Shown here piece after piece: positions 23,848 to 24,000 of a DNA stretch of 24,000 bases; positions within the stretch are counted from its first letter, which is position 1; each line of letters opens with the position of its first letter. The stretch is from positions 110,937 through 134,936 of the forward strand of contig WHTU01000002.1 of NCBI GenBank assembly GCA_009377575.1. The letters are read 5' to 3'. The DNA is from Nitrososphaeraceae archaeon (lineage in GTDB: Archaea > Thermoproteota > Nitrososphaeria > Nitrososphaerales > Nitrososphaeraceae). The translations under genes were made by a program, and so were the position numbers. Under the pieces are notes generated by a model. It worked only from the letters and a program-made list of their open reading frames with translations. It searched no databases and was not told the origin of the DNA.

Positions 23848-24000
23848 ATGGGTCTGCTTTTCCCAGAAGATCTTCCTGAAAGAATTAAAGCATTTTTGGC
23901 AGGTGAAAAAGACTTTCCCTATATCTCGGTAGAGGAGATTATTGGGCTGTTTTATATCTTTGGAAAGCAAAGGGGGATATCTTCTGGATTAGAAACAGCA
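23848..24000 (+). CDS. 5' part of an unidentified gene running off the window end
   Basis: I translated it by hand as MGLLFPEDLPERIKAFLAGEKDFPYISVEEIIGLFYIFGKQRGISSGLETA, open to position 24000. The frame opens at 23794, and alternative TTG starts lie at 23800 and 23824. It is divergent from the 23437-23760 gene. It is too short to appear in the ORF track. Confidence 0.3.
   Translation, partial: MGLLFPEDLPERIKAFLAGEKDFPYISVEEIIGLFYIFGKQRGISSGLETA

Overview
This is a densely coding, AT-rich window (about 37-42% GC in the two lines I counted by hand) from an ammonia-oxidising thaumarchaeon (Nitrososphaeria). AmoA, AmoX and AmoB are unmistakable. I call about 28 protein genes and found no rRNA, tRNA, CRISPR array or mobile element. 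Gene blocks, in order: (1) amoA-amoX on the minus strand, divergent from amoB, with no amoC in the window; (2) a tight minus-strand operon of rps15, a RecJ/Cdc45-like DHH protein, a Pcc1-like protein and serS; (3) two small membrane or secreted hypotheticals; (4) a radical SAM enzyme, RNase Z and a glutamate-racemase-fold protein; (5) an archaeal A-type ATPase cluster in Sulfolobus-like order E-A-B-D-(43 aa ORF)-K-I; (6) a CBS/zinc-ribbon protein overlapping a Mut7-C (PIN-like) RNase, and an NFACT/RqcH-like protein; (7) cobalamin genes cbiT and cbiL-cbiF. I did not find a convincing novel multi-gene system such as a defence island; this looks like core genome. The points most worth a second look are: a MurI-fold protein with both catalytic Cys replaced by Ser and a TTG start; the amo layout without amoC; a 336 bp gap that looks like an independent small transcription unit; the CBS/Mut7-C overlapping pair next to the ATPase operon; a radical SAM CX4CX2C cluster motif; an unlisted 43 aa ORF; and a promoter-embedded inverted repeat inside the ATPase cluster. 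TATA-like boxes sit 18-28 nt upstream of first-in-unit start codons, implying leaderless mRNAs. I used this spacing to revise several ORF-track starts. All functional calls rest on my recollection of family motifs, not on a database search.
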